Source of the DNA: Octopus vulgaris
Lineage: Eukaryota
Direction of reading: 5' to 3'
Assembly: GCA_951406725.2 (NCBI GenBank)
Contig: OX597820.1
Span: 58,466,001-58,530,000, forward strand
Length of the DNA stretch: 64,000 bases
Part shown: piece by piece, positions 12,416-25,860 of the stretch
Layout: each line of letters starts with the position of its first letter
Position numbering within the stretch: position 1 is the first letter of the stretch
The notes under the pieces: generated by a model
Seen by the model: the letters and a program-made list of their open reading frames with translations, nothing else
What the model was told of the DNA's origin: nothing
The model's database searches: none
Position numbers and translations under genes: made by a program

Positions 12416-13533
12416 CACCAATACACACACGCGCGCGCGCGAGCGCACACATACGCGCACACACACACACACGTACACACACATGTGCATGTATATATAT
12501 ATATTTATATATGTACATTGTGTGTGTGTGTATGTGTGCATTGATGTGGGAGATACTTAACGGAGTGAACGGAGTGTGACAGTATGAATCAATGTATTTG
12601 TCTTTGTCACCGTGTAATCGAGGTGGGTTAAGTGGGAGGTTGTTTGTTTCCATATTAGTTCTGCAATTTTTTTATTCATTTGTTTATTTATTTATTTATT
12701 TATTTATTTATTGCATTTGCCTTTGTACTGGATTGTGCAATTTAGCTAATATACAGCTCGGACATCAGAAAGTATGCAACACAAATAAACTAATAACAAA
12801 AATTACTTGACTGCTACAAAATAAGAGGAAAAGCAAATAATAATAATAATAATAATAATGATGATGATGATTTCATTTATTTGCCACAAGGGCGAAGGGT
12901 AATAAAATGCTCTGATGCTGTATCAGGCAGTGGCTCAAATGACTTCTGATCTTAACTGATTGGAAGTGCTATTATGTACATTGTTTTGTCTTGGTATAAA
13001 AGATGGGCTCCAGCAAATATTCTGCTCAATACCACAGATTTGCTTGTCAAATCAGAAGAAAATAAGTTAGGAAACTTACATACCGACAACTTTCGAACAC
13101 ACAAACGATCAGCTTTAAAAAAGTGGGGTAAAATCCCTTTAATATCTACGACTACTTTGTGAATACTTATCCTTTCCTCTCTCCCTGAGTATTCGAAAAT
13201 GTGAACATCATCCTCTTTTTATTCTAAGAACACTACCATTTCTCTCTGTGTGGTCATACAAAAGAACATATTAAACTTTACTATCTACAACTTGTTCTCT
13301 TTTCATTTTGACTCTCCCTGAGTATTCGAAAATGTAAACATCCTTTTCATTGCAAAAGTCCTACTGTATTCTCCCAACTGGATAGACAAACGAACATCTC
13401 AAGAAGACTTAAAAACTTTAATATATTACCCAAATATGTAAACACACCTGTTATTGCAACAACACAATTAAATTCAGAAATTCAAAAATTCAACGACGTG
13501 TATATCAGTATATGTGTGTGTATGTATATATAT

Positions 13534-13599
<66 letters not shown>

Positions 13600-13601
13600 T
13601 A

Positions 13602-15296
13602 CTAGCATTATGACCCGTCGTTGCCGGGTCATAGTGCTAGTGCATGTATATATGTGTATATATATGTGTACATATTACATGTACATATATATATATATAT
13701 ATACATCTACACATAAAATACAAAATGCAATGTTATATCTTGATATCGCTAGTGATAACAATACTCAAAATATATAACAGACTGGAATTGTAGGCTCGTC
13801 TCTTGCAATTTCGATCAATTGTATCTTGTCCTCCCTCTTGTATAGAAGTGTGGCTACAATCCAGCCTACCTCTACTTCTGGGGGGACATTTTAAATTTTT
13901 ATCCGGGACGTCCTACATCCCAGATATAAAGGTAAAAATAAAATATTTCCACTTTGCAAGGTTCGAGTCGAGTACTCCCTTGCACGCTCCATTGACTCGA
14001 ACCTTGCTTCTATTGTGGCGAATTTACCGCCTCTGGTTAGATATCTTTCATAGTCGCACCAAGACACTTTCCGATGGTGCTTTCCTCCAGGTGTTCAAAT
14101 CTTTTTTTTTTGTCTCTATATTGTATACTTTATAGACAATAGTCTTTTCTTTAATTTAATTTCTTATTTCGTTTGGTGGTGTTATCCTAGATTCACCGTC
14201 TTTGTCGGTGATCAATCCGTATTTCTTCCATTTTAATTTCAATGAGTTCGCGCCCGCCGACGGCTGCAGCGAAATTCATTTTTGGACTTTCTTCTATCGA
14301 AAGCATTCTAACAAAAATGCTTCCGTGTAAACGGTGAAAATATTGTCAATTTCCCCAAACAGGGACACAATTCAATTTTTAAACAATAACCAAAGCTCCT
14401 TCTCCCAAAGGGGGAAGGTTACAGTTTACAATTATTTAACAAATGCAACACAACAATGTTTCCTTTACGAGGAACCAACAAACGTGAAAACAATAGTTAA
14501 ACAGTTATAATAATAACAACAAACCTTACGATGAGTCAGAAAGCAGTAAGCAGTTGAGGCTTTAGTCCTTTATATATAAGAAATAAACCAACAGCAGTAC
14601 TCTGTCGGAGCGGCTGTTGGAGAAAACAGATAATACATACAGCCAAACTTCATATAGATACTTAATGCTAGCTAATTAGCAGATAATCTAGTGTAAAAGC
14701 CGTGGTAAAGGGTATTGCACACCTCCATCTGGACTATTCCATTTCTGCACGCTAATTTTATTTTTGATTTATTCCCATACATGTGAAACCACTTATTCAA
14801 GTTCAAGTCATTGATGCAATTTTATACCAATTGCTATTTTTACTTTTGTTATGTTACGATTATATTATACTTTAGTTTGATTTTAATTATTACTTACTAC
14901 ATATAATTCAATTGTTATTATTATTTTTATTGTTAAAGTGAAAGCATCTGACATAAAATAGAGAAATGTTTTTGTCTCACTTTTAACACGTAATACTGAA
15001 ATAGTGGAAAAGATATGATATTGCTATGGGCTCGCTCTAGGCAAGAAGTTGAACATTTTCTTTGCCCATGAAACTACATGGACCCTAAGTAAGGCATGTG
15101 TAAAATTTGAATGAAATTGGTTGTGCAGTTCTCAAGTTTTAGGGAATGGTAGTGTAGAAGATATGATATTGCTGTGGGCTCGCCCTAAGCAAAAAGTTAA
15201 AAAATTTGAATAAAATTGGTTGTGCAGTTCTCAAGTTTTAGGGAAACACACAGACAGACAGACAGACACACATTCTCAGTTTTATATATAGAGAGA
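13602..15296 (-). mobile_element. Non-autonomous Helitron (~1.7 kb)
   Basis: The minus strand begins A^TC-TCTCTATATATAAAA..(TGTC)n at 15296. It ends with a GC hairpin (GACCCG..CGGGTC) followed by CTAG^T at 13602. AT target, no TSD, internal tandem duplications at 15003-15245. Confidence 0.8.
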
Positions 15297-15320
15297 TATA
15301 TGTGTGTGTTCATATGTCTG

Positions 15321-15363
<43 letters not shown>

Positions 15364-15449
15364 CGGGAAGCTTTATGAAAATAAACAAAAGACGAAGGCA
15401 GGTGGAAAACAAACGAACAATTGTATTAGTATGGCGCTCAGGAAATATA

Positions 15450-15530
<81 letters not shown>

Positions 15531-15730
15531 TAAGGGTAGAAATCAATATTTATCAATTAAAACCAGTGGTCTAGCATATTAAAAAAAGAATCCGAAGATT
15601 AAATATTTATATATACTAATTAAGGACTGAACACGAAAAGTGGACAGTCAACATGCTAGATATAGACGTCAAATCGCCATTCTCCACAAAAGATTATGTT
15701 CTCTTTTGTGGAGAATGGCGATTTGACGTC

Positions 15731-15775
<45 letters not shown>

Positions 15776-15894
15776 CTGAGGATAGAGGGCTTCGAATGAC
15801 CCGTACTTGTTTTCTTTGTATCATCTATCTGGATGTGTTGTTGTCCCTTTTTGTATCACCTAGCTGTCCGGATGTTTTGCGTTCTTCTATTTTG

Positions 15895-15943
<49 letters not shown>

Positions 15944-16279
15944 TTTTCTACCAGTAATTACAAATATTATAGGTTGAATTGCTTCTTTTCAAGGCAGCGC
16001 TCTCAGTGGTCAGTAGCCACTGGTAGTAGCAAATACATTTGACTTCTACTGACCCAAAGGGTTCGAAAATTCCTTTGTTTCTATGGCTGACCTTCCCACC
16101 GTCTGCCGAAAGAAAACAGAAAACAGTACTGCTTGGAACCGCTCGAATACTCCGGAACGTGCTCGAAAAATAAGAGGTGTTACCTTAGTTCACTGGTAGT
16201 GAACAGCTAACACTGTAATACATCTCCAGCGTTAGAAGTTGTGCAAAGGAAATAATAATAATATCAATATTCCTCTCAG

Positions 16280-16567
16280 CTGTAGGCACAAGGGCTGGAA
16301 GCTTTTGCCGAGGAGCCTAGTCGATTGTATTGACCCAAGTACTGAACTAGTACTTATTTCGTCGATTCCGAACGGGTGAAAGACAAAGTTGACCTTAGCA
16401 GGATTTGAACTCATATTGTAAAGCGTCTAACAAATATCGCAAAGCATTTCTTCCTACTTTTGTTCTGACCGTTTACGTTCTGAGTTCAAATCCTGCCGAG
16501 GCCAACTTTGCTTTTCATTCTTTCAAGGTTGGTCGATAAAATGAAGTACCAGTTAAGTACATGGGAC

Positions 16568-16619
<52 letters not shown>

Positions 16620-17199
16620 GGCGGCGAGCTTGCAGATTCGTTAGCACATCGAGCGAAATGCTTAACAGTACTTCGTCTGCCGCTACGATCTGAGTTCAAA
16701 TTCCCACGAGGTTGACTTGGCCTTTCATCCTTCCGGGGTCAATAAATTAAGTACCAATTGAACATATGTTATCAACTCATCTCCTCCCCCAAAATGGCTA
16801 CCCTTGTGGCAAAATTTGAAGCCACGCCGAGGTTGACTTTGCTTGTCATCCTTTCGGAATCGACAAGTCAAGTACCAGTGAAATAATGGGGTCGATGTAG
16901 TTGACTTAATCCTCTCTCACAAGCTGCCCCTGCGGCAAAAATTTGAAATTGTTGTTGTTGTTGTTGTTGTTGTTGCTGTTGTTGTTGTTGTTAATGTTAT
17001 TAAGACGGCGAGCTGACAGAATCTTTAACATGCCGGACGAAATGTTAAGCGGTCTTTCGTTTTGAGTTCAAATTCCGCCAAGGTCGACTTTGCTTGTCAT
17101 CCTTTCGCAGTCGATAGATTAAGTACCAGTTATGTACTGGAGTCGATGAAATCGATTTACTCCCTCCCCCGAAATTTCAGGCTTTGCGCCTTTATTAGA

Positions 17200-17278
<79 letters not shown>

Positions 17279-17870
17279 CACTTCCCTCTCTACTCTCATC
17301 TTCCTTTTTAAGTGAAACTTGAAAAAGTTGATGCGGCCTTGACCAAAGAGGAAAGTGTCTGACCTTAGCCCTTTCAAACGGGTCCACCATATCACCTCTT
17401 TCGCTACAGCCACTAGGCAAAGGAAAACTGCCTTGCCTTCCCGGTTAAAGGAGGTCGGCGAGGCTATCCTCACTATGGATTCAGCTGATAGCCGGATCCG
17501 TCCTATACGCGACAGTAGCTGTTCGACATAAACCCATAGTTCAGCAATACTGGTCGAATGCGTGCAGCAGAACGGTTTCGTCGTCCTGGGCGCACCTCGG
17601 GCAGGCCCGTCTGACGGCACTTCCGTGCCGGTAGAGTTTATCCCGAACAGGCAGAGCCCCTCGGTAACACTGCCAGGTCCCTCGCCTGGCAGTGCTACCG
17701 AAGGCGAAATACTTGGCGGTATTCCGTCCGTCTTCACGTTCTGAGTTCAAATTCCGCCGAGGTCGACTTTGCCTTTCACCTTTTCAGAGTCAAGTACCAG
17801 TGAAACAATGGGGTCAATGTAATCGACTGGTCCCTTCCCCAAAAAATTTCAGGCCTCTGCCTTCAGTAAA
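16280..17870. mobile_element. Cluster of >=5 copies/fragments of the AAGGCGGCGAGCTGGCAGAA SINE family, separated by (TAT)n/(TGT)n
   Basis: Repeated GAGTTCAAATTCCGCC.AGGTCGACTTTGCCTTTCATCCTTTCGGGGTCGATAAA..AGTACCAG core. The first copy is inverted. Confidence 0.85.
17281..17695 (-). mobile_element. L1/Tx1-clade LINE ORF2 3' fragment (zf-RVT region)
   Basis: WQCYRGALPVRDKLYRHG...CPRCAQDDETVLLHAF, then after a frameshift AVFLCLVAVAKEVIWWTRLKG...FFKFHLKRKMRVER. Confidence 0.75.
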
Positions 17871-18669
17871 AATGATTGTTACAAATAGACGAAACAGTCG
17901 TAAATCAGCACCATTATAACTGTCATCATCATCATCGTCGTCGTTGCAGTCAACACCACCACCACCACCATCATCATTATCCTCTTTACTTCATCAATGA
18001 CATCGTAAACGAACAAGAGCAAAAAAAAAAAACAACGGTAAGTAATAAAAATAATAAATCAATTGAAGGAAGATAAAATCAATAGGGTGAAGGGGTGCAG
18101 ATGAGAAATAACCATTATTGAATACTGGGCCTTCCCCACCACAACCGACCTACCTACCTACCTATCTACCTACTTACACAGAAAGAGAAAGGGGAGAGAG
18201 GGGGTGGAATTGAGAGAGACAGGCTAATTATGTACTTCTAACTCCGACGAACCTTTATTTATTGATTTCAAAAAGAAAAACAAAACAATTTCTCTCTGTC
18301 CATCCGGCCTACCTACAATAACACCATCCACCCCACTTAATATATCATATTACCACCTAATTCTATTTTTATTTTATTTTTTATTTTATTGTTTTTTAAT
18401 CTGCTCTTTGTCCTTTTTCTCATTTATCCTGTTATCTCCTTTTATTTTATTCTCCAAAGGTCTACTTTTTCTCCCCTCCATGCATGGCTGTGTGGTTAAC
18501 AAGCTCGCTTTACAACCATGTGGTTTCGAGATTAACTCCACTGCATAGCACCTTGAGCAAGTGTCTTTTACTATAGCACTGGGCTGTCCAGTGCCTTATG
18601 AGTGAATAATTTAGAAGACAGAAACGGTGAGGAAAGCTGCTGTGTGTGTATGGATGAGAACGAATGGAT

Positions 18670-19130
18670 ACATGGATGAAGACGAATGACCTGAAAATAA
18701 AGACAGAAGCTCTTATATGTGCAGCTCAAGAACAAGCGTTAAGGACCAACTATGTGAAGGGCAGAATCGACAACACTACCGAGAACAATAAATGCAGAAT
18801 GTGTGGTGAGAGGGGTGAAACGGTATAGCACATCGTTAGCGAATACCCGAAATTGGCACAACGTGATTCCAAAAGACGACATGACAATGTGACAAGAATG
18901 ATCCATTGGGAGCTCTGTGGAAATCACGGCCTACAAAGAGCAAAGACGTGGTATGAGAAAACCCCAGAATGAGTCACCAAGAATGAAAATTATAAAGTCC
19001 TGTGGGATGCAATGATTCAGTGCGATCACCTGACCAGACATCGGAAACCGGACATTGTTGTGGGGAATAAAAAAGAAAGAACATGCATGATAATCGACAC
19101 AGCATATCCTGGTGACAACAAGATCAAAGA
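18670..19130 (+). mobile_element. R4/Dong-clade non-LTR fragment (CCHC finger and restriction-like endonuclease)
   Basis: TEALICAAQEQALRTNY...CRMCGERGETV*HIVS..RRHDNV..IHWELC...VLWD...KPDIVV...CMIID, with two in-frame stops. Confidence 0.85.
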
Positions 19131-19232
19131 ATAAGTGTCACCTTAGTCTGTTGGTAATGGACAGTCGACACTTTCCATCATACCCAGCAAAAAAAGCTGT
19201 GAATCATATATAAATAATAATAATAATAATAA

Positions 19233-19602
19233 ATTGAGAAAATGTGGCATCTCAAGGCGGTTACAATACCAGTGATCGTAGGAGCACTAGGAATGATCAA
19301 GAAGGGAACCGAAAATTATATGAGAATGATCCCTGGCTTACCATCCCTGCAAGAAGTGCAAAAGATTGTCTTAACTGGTACATCACACGTATTGAGAAGA
19401 GCATTGTCGATGTGAGAACTGTTGCTGCTCATGTATTTTAATTTAACTTTAAAAAAAATTAAAAAAATTTAAAAAAAAAAATGAACGAACTACTGAGTTT
19501 GGTATAATGGCCTACAAATGTATACTATGAGTTTCTTTGCCCTAGGAGTCGGGAAGACACTCGGCAAGAAATGGAAGCAAATTTGAAAGAAGAAAAAAAA
19601 AA
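19233..19602 (+). mobile_element. 5'-truncated Dong/R4-like element (ORF C-terminus and 3' UTR) between (TAA)n tracts
   Basis: IEKMWHLKAVTIPVIVGALGMIKKG...LQEVQKIVLTGTSHVLRRALSM*, stop at 19413-19415. (TAA)n at ~19211-19232 and ~19603-19723. Confidence 0.8.
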
Positions 19603-19611
19603 GTAATAATG

Positions 19612-19690
<79 letters not shown>

Positions 19691-19849
19691 AAATAATGAT
19701 AATAATAATAATAATAATAATAATTTCTATATTGGCCACAAGGGTTTATATAAAAGGCACAAAAGTCATGGGTTCAAAACACGGCAAACAGTGGTTTGGC
19801 CGTGAACACAAATTTGAAACAATGAAGTATTAAACAAGGAAAATTTCTC

Positions 19850-21790
19850 CACTAGGAGGGAGACCAAATAGCTCTCACTAGGAGCCTACAAGATACACAG
19901 TCACCCAGACCGCTTGTGTAAGCGCCCTCCCAATCAGTCCTCCTCCCAGAGCAGACCCAATCATCATTCTCACTACTTTCGTCCAACTTTCAACTAATTC
20001 GTTGGAAGACAACATTTTTCTCACCACCTTAAATTTCTTTTTAAGTGAAACCTAAAAAAGATGATCGGTGGTGTGGTCAATGAAGAAAGTGCCCGTCTTT
20101 AGCCTTTTCAGTCTCGCCAATCGTGCAACTTGCACAGTCTCTTTTGCCATGCCTACTGGACAGATAAAAACTGGCTACTCTTTCCAACTTAAGGAAGGTA
20201 GCAATGTGATCTTTGCAATGTACTCAACTGAGAGCTGGATATGTTTTGTGCGTAACAACTCATCGATAGAAATACATAAGACGGCAACTCTCGACCACTG
20301 GACTGCATGCAGAGCAGTTTCGTCGTTCAGCGTGTAATTTGTTTGTCAGACGGCTGTCATGCCTGTAGAGCGTATCTCAAACCGGTAATGCACCCTGGTA
20401 GCACTATCACGCCAAGGATTTCTAGAAATCATCCATGACTCCTGGATCGCAACAAACCAGCCAGTTGATTTTCATCGACGCCCAGAGTTTCCTCAAGAAT
20501 GTCATCGCACTTGTCCGCCACTAATCTTTATAGAATACTGACGTCGAATTTGCACCGAACACACAGCCTGATTAGTAGAGGTCTGGGAACGTTTGACGAC
20601 ATTCTAGATGTCAAGAGCCCTCTGTCGGTCTTCGCTTGATCTACAACTACAGCCCTGTCAAAGAGACGAACTGGAGATATACGCGTCTGACAAACGGCAG
20701 CCACATCTTTTCTCCGTCAAGGAAATGCTGGAGATATTGTAACCTCAGCGGATGTCTGCGCATCATTAGCCACGAGATGCTAGTTCTCCATTCCGGGGGT
20801 ATTAACAGTAAATGGAGCGTCTGACCAGTGGAATGCATCCCTTCCACTGAAAGCGGAAGACCACTTGCTCCTGTCTGCTCAGACGTGAAATAGAGCAAGG
20901 CACGTCGGTCAGGTTGTAAGAAATGACGGAAATGATGTGGGTGTTTGTCACCTCTGCCCGACCTTTCAAGAATAGATTCCTTTCGGCCCAATTCTGAATG
21001 AGAGGAGGCTAACAATTCTTCACCTCGTCTTAGTTAGTTCTTGCACGCTTGAAGATCTGAAATAAGCCTAACTTTAGCAATTTAACAAGTTCGTACGCCC
21101 AGTACCTCACAACATTGTTGGACGACATTGACTTGCCTCTCCAGGAGCCAAATTGCAGACCATCTGGCTTTTCCTGCCTAATTTTCATTCCTGTACTGCT
21201 TCGTACTTACATGAAGCACTGCCAATTACCTCGATGTGCTTTGTGTCCGACACTATTATGATAATATCATCTTCATGTTTCAATACAAATCTTCCGCATC
21301 TTAGTTTGTCACCAACATCTCTAGTTTTCGTGGTAGTGACTCCAGAGGCAGTACATACAAAAGAGACGTTAATCGATAACGTTGGCGAACCTAGAGCATG
21401 ATAATGAAAGGTTCTGAGCGTGACCATTTATCCTAGCCACCGAGCAGATTCGGTTGTACATTGTGACGCTCCAGCCCTTGAAAACAGGGTCAAAGCCGGC
21501 AGCTAAGAAGACAATCGTCAAATAACGATGCTCGGCTCTATCGGAAGCTCTTGATTGATCCAAGTCAATCATGTCTCTACCCGAGCCAGATTTCTTGTCC
21601 ACCATCTTTATGATGTTATCACACGAGGGAGATGTTGTCGTGCATTGATCTGTCTGCAGTGATAAAATCTTTGTCAATCGATAAGCGCCATTCCACAATC
21701 TGATGACACCTTGTCCAAAATCTTGAACCAGCGTTTAGCAAAATTATTGGCCAAATATTATCAATATGATCCTCTTTGTTTGGATACTTC
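19850..21790 (-). mobile_element. Degenerate L1/Tx1-clade LINE ORF2 (RT to 3' end)
   Basis: NIWPIILLNA, DLDQSRASDRAEHRYL..AGFDPVFKGW, HEDDIIIIVSD (YADD position), MRRHPLRLQYLQHFLDG. The 3' part resembles 17281-17695. Confidence 0.75.
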
Positions 21791-21820
21791 CTCAACAGTA
21801 TCACCTCAAAGGACTGTGTA

Positions 21821-21822
21821 TA

Positions 21823-21919
<97 letters not shown>
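21821..21919. repeat. (GT)n microsatellite
   Basis: Seen directly. Confidence 0.95.
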
Positions 21920-21921
<2 letters not shown>

Positions 21922-22097
21922 CTTGTACTAACATTATGATTACTTAACTTTAAGATTTTTTATATAAATTACTTAATGAGTATAAGATTTTATTTAGATG
22001 ATTATTAAATAAATTAATTAATTAATAATTTAATTTAATGCATATAGATTAAATTATAGCATTTATTTTTCTCTTAATGTATATTTTGTATTTTATT

Positions 22098-22139
<42 letters not shown>

Positions 22140-22541
22140 TTAAATATCTTAAGTAATTGTATCCTATTTTTTATTCTATTTTTTTATTTAAACAAGAATA
22201 TATTTGTTAAGTTATTTCGTATTTTACAAGATTATTTACGTATATTTATTAATTCATCTAATTAATTATTTTATTGTTTCTTTCTTTAACCTGAAGAGTG
22301 GCTATATTTATATTGAAGTGATTTTACCATTATTATTATTATTATCATTTCTTAAATATAGCCACGAAACACATGTCGTTATTCTACAAAACTATATACG
22401 TTTTATTTACTTTTTTGCAAATTACTTAATCATTGTTATATGTTTTATCTTATATTTAATCTTTCTATAATATGTAAGTTTTCTAAGTGGTATAATTTAA
22501 TTTTTCATTATTGGATTGATAAAAGGTGGTTTCTTTTTCTA

Positions 22542-22597
<56 letters not shown>

Positions 22598-22602
<5 letters not shown>

Positions 22603-22945
22603 GCACTGGCACTAATGAGCTGAGAGAAAAACTGGCTACAAAACGAATCAGGTGTAATATGCAAGACCACATCTTGCACGTTACATCTTATGCAGAGTGC
22701 TAGTTTGGATATGTGAAGTGAGGGGACTGCAGAAGATTAAACTTGAGTAAACATGTTGCAACCATCCAAGTGGAAAAACCCTGAGAAAGAGCAAAACCAA
22801 GGAAAACAGCAGAAGAAGTAGTGAAATCTGATTCTAGAGGCTCATCCGCACGAAAGAGATGATAAAGACAAGCAACAAGTAATGAAATTTTGTGCTGGAA
22901 AGACCCGTCCAATCCGTGCAAGCACGAAAAACGAACATAAAAGTT
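22598..22945 (+). mobile_element. Old RTE-type LINE 3' end
   Basis: STGTNELREKLATKRIRCNMQ..., KPRKTAEEVVKSD (RPxKTWxEVVxxD-like). The terminal CCGTCCAATCCGTGCAAGCACGAAAA resembles the tail of the (GAT)n-tailed SINE. Confidence 0.55.
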
Positions 22946-25860
22946 AATAAAAGCATCTTGCAATACAATCTTCAGTTCAATGTTATGTTTCAAGAGGTAA
23001 TTGAAAGTAGCTGCTGATGAGGTTGCCACAGGAAGTCCTGGGCTTATCATATAAAAATGTACCAACAGATTAATTTTTTTATGCAGTGAAAAGAGAGGAC
23101 AAACAATTGCTTTTACGTGGTCGCTCAACCTGCTAGATATATCAGTCAAATCTCCCTCAAATTTCGCCCTTCCATCTTTAAAAAAAAGTAAAGGTCATAT
23201 TACATAATGTAGTTCTAGATAGTCTTAATAAGATGGGATGATAACGGCTGGAATGCTCTATCAGATCTGGCTTGTGACTTAATAATAACAGCAAACAAAG
23301 AGCATCAAATGATGCCAATTAATGAACGATCCAGGAAATCGCTGAACACAATCAGAGGTTGAATGAATGAAATCGGAAAAACTTTTACGTAACGAACATA
23401 TACACATATATTTATGAAGCTATTTTATATATTCTTTCAAAGGATTGTGCAAACAAAATCAATTCCATTGATAGTAATAAAACGTAGTTTGACTATATAG
23501 TAAAATTGATCACAATAGGTGTCTCTTTATAAGAAGACACTTACGACAAGAAACGATGTGACAATCCCAGTCAGGCGAAAATGTTATTTTGGTATGATCA
23601 ATGATATATAAAAACGAAACAAAGAAATGAAGAAATGGTAAATACGCACCTTTGTGAAATGAACCCATAAAACGGAAAATAATTGGAATAATGAGAATAT
23701 TAGAAACTATCTTTGTAGAAAAAGTTTCTGAAACAAAATAAGTCAATAAATTTAAAAGAGAAACAAAATAAGTTCCAGGGTTTAGAGAAAGAGAATAATG
23801 GATATGATAGGGATATAAGATAAAACATGTAAAGGAAATAGCCATGATGGTAGATATAAAACTTGAGAAAAAAATTGCAGTAAATATTGATTTCTAGTAT
23901 TGATACAAGGCCACAAATTGATGGCAGTGCAGTCATGTAAATCGATCTCACTACCTAACAAACAATTTATTTTATTATTACCTAGAATGATGAAAAGGGA
24001 AAAAATGTTGAAATTAGCGGGATTTGAACCGAGAAAATAAAGAGTAGAGCATCGCACAATATCAAGTTAAATATTGGCTTCAAGTTTAGGCACAAGGCTA
24101 ATAATTCCGGAGAGTAGGTAAATCGATTACATCGATCCTAATGTTCAACTGTTATTTATTTTATCAACCCAGAAGAGATAAAAGGCAAAGTCGATCTCGG
24201 TGGAATTTGAGCTCAGAACGTAAAGATAGATGAAATGCCACTAAGCATTTTGTCCGTCGAGCTAATGATTCTCCCAGCTCATCATGCTAACTATTATCTT
24301 GTAACTAATTGAGCTTCAGGGTATGTATAAACAGGCAACCAGCTAACAAATCAATAGGCTGTATGTTGTCATTACCACAGGATGGTACTTAAGGCCAGTA
24401 ACGTCGTAAGGAATGGAGTACACTATGCAGTTGCTCAGCGAACCCACAGATAGCGAGGTCGAATGCCTTTTAATGCATGTTGCGGTTTGCAGTGAATGAA
24501 TAATTATTATAGGCGCCAGAGCATTACTTTGGGGGCTTTATTGTTGCTAAGACAGCTTTGTCCATGGTCACAACACATAATAATCAGTTAGCTGAAATTA
24601 AAACTCTAAATGGGTACAGCAGGATGTTGCAGAATGGCTCCTTCTACTTACAATGTAAAATTAATGAGACCATGTTTAACGCTTCTGCATGTAACACTCC
24701 TAGCTGTGAGTAAAAAGCTTCACTGTTTTGTGAACGCTTCGTTGATAATAAAACCTTGGAGAGTAAACCTTGACAGAAGATGCAGGTTAATGTTCCATAA
24801 GTATTCAGGTTGACGACTTGACTTGCTCAACCGAACTAGTGTCAAACGTTGTACTTCCACTCTCCCTTCAACTTCATTATATATTGATTATACACTTTCT
24901 TATTTAGGTATATAACCAGTAGCTTTGAGGTGGTAGGGAGCTTAACAGATACCATCAATTTCAATATTAGAATGGTACTCTATTTTATCGACCCCGAAAT
25001 AATAAAAGATAAAATTGGCGTCAACGGAATTTGAACTCAGAATCTAAAGTGCCGAAACAATTACTGAAAAGCATTTTTTGTGACGCTCTAAAGATTCTTC
25101 CAGCTCGCCAACTTTAATTGCTTCTAAAATAGACTCGAAGCTTGACATTTAAGAGGAGAGCATTAGTCGATTATAACGATACCATGACTTCACAAACACT
25201 TTATTTTATGGACGGTTTTGTGCTCTTGGATACAAGAACCATGGCCGGAACAATAATATCGTTGCCGCCTCTTCTATACAGAAGATTCTACCCTTCAGAT
25301 CCACTTGCATCTCCCTATCAAAAGCTTGATGCAAAATAGGAAACAGATCCCTCGCAGCTGCTTTTGATTCAGGAGCCTTGTCACCTTCCTTTGGAATCTG
25401 ATACCTTTGGATTGTGTTGCTTGCAAGCTTCAACTTACTGCAAGTCCATCCAATTGACAATCTATGTAAGGCCTTATCATACCTCCGCTAGTATCGGCCT
25501 TCACTTGCCCTGGGACATGCATCAAAATACAATTGAGGGAGCAAAATATTGATCTACATTGTTTGCAGTGTGTGTTTGTTTCTTTGCCCCAGATTTTAAG
25601 GTTAATTTGCTTTGATAAAAGGTAATAGTTGGCGTAGACGATTTAGGCTTACGCTAGCTCTAGCAAACCTGGAAGATCGGGCAGTGAATGGCTTCCCTTC
25701 GGTCCAGTCCATTTTTTGATGAAGCTGAGCACCCATCTCGTCACCTCGTCGTACGTCTTTCCCACCTGGAGACCTAAACTAAATCATACCTTGAGAAATT
25801 TAATCGGTCCATCTAACCAGAGCCTCATTTTTCTATTGGACGGTATGGAACTACCTTTCC

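Noticed and set aside
24420-25850. Faint Tc1-like (PKVMLW) and R2-like RT-like words on the minus strand
   Set aside because: Too degenerate to assign a family or boundaries with confidence.
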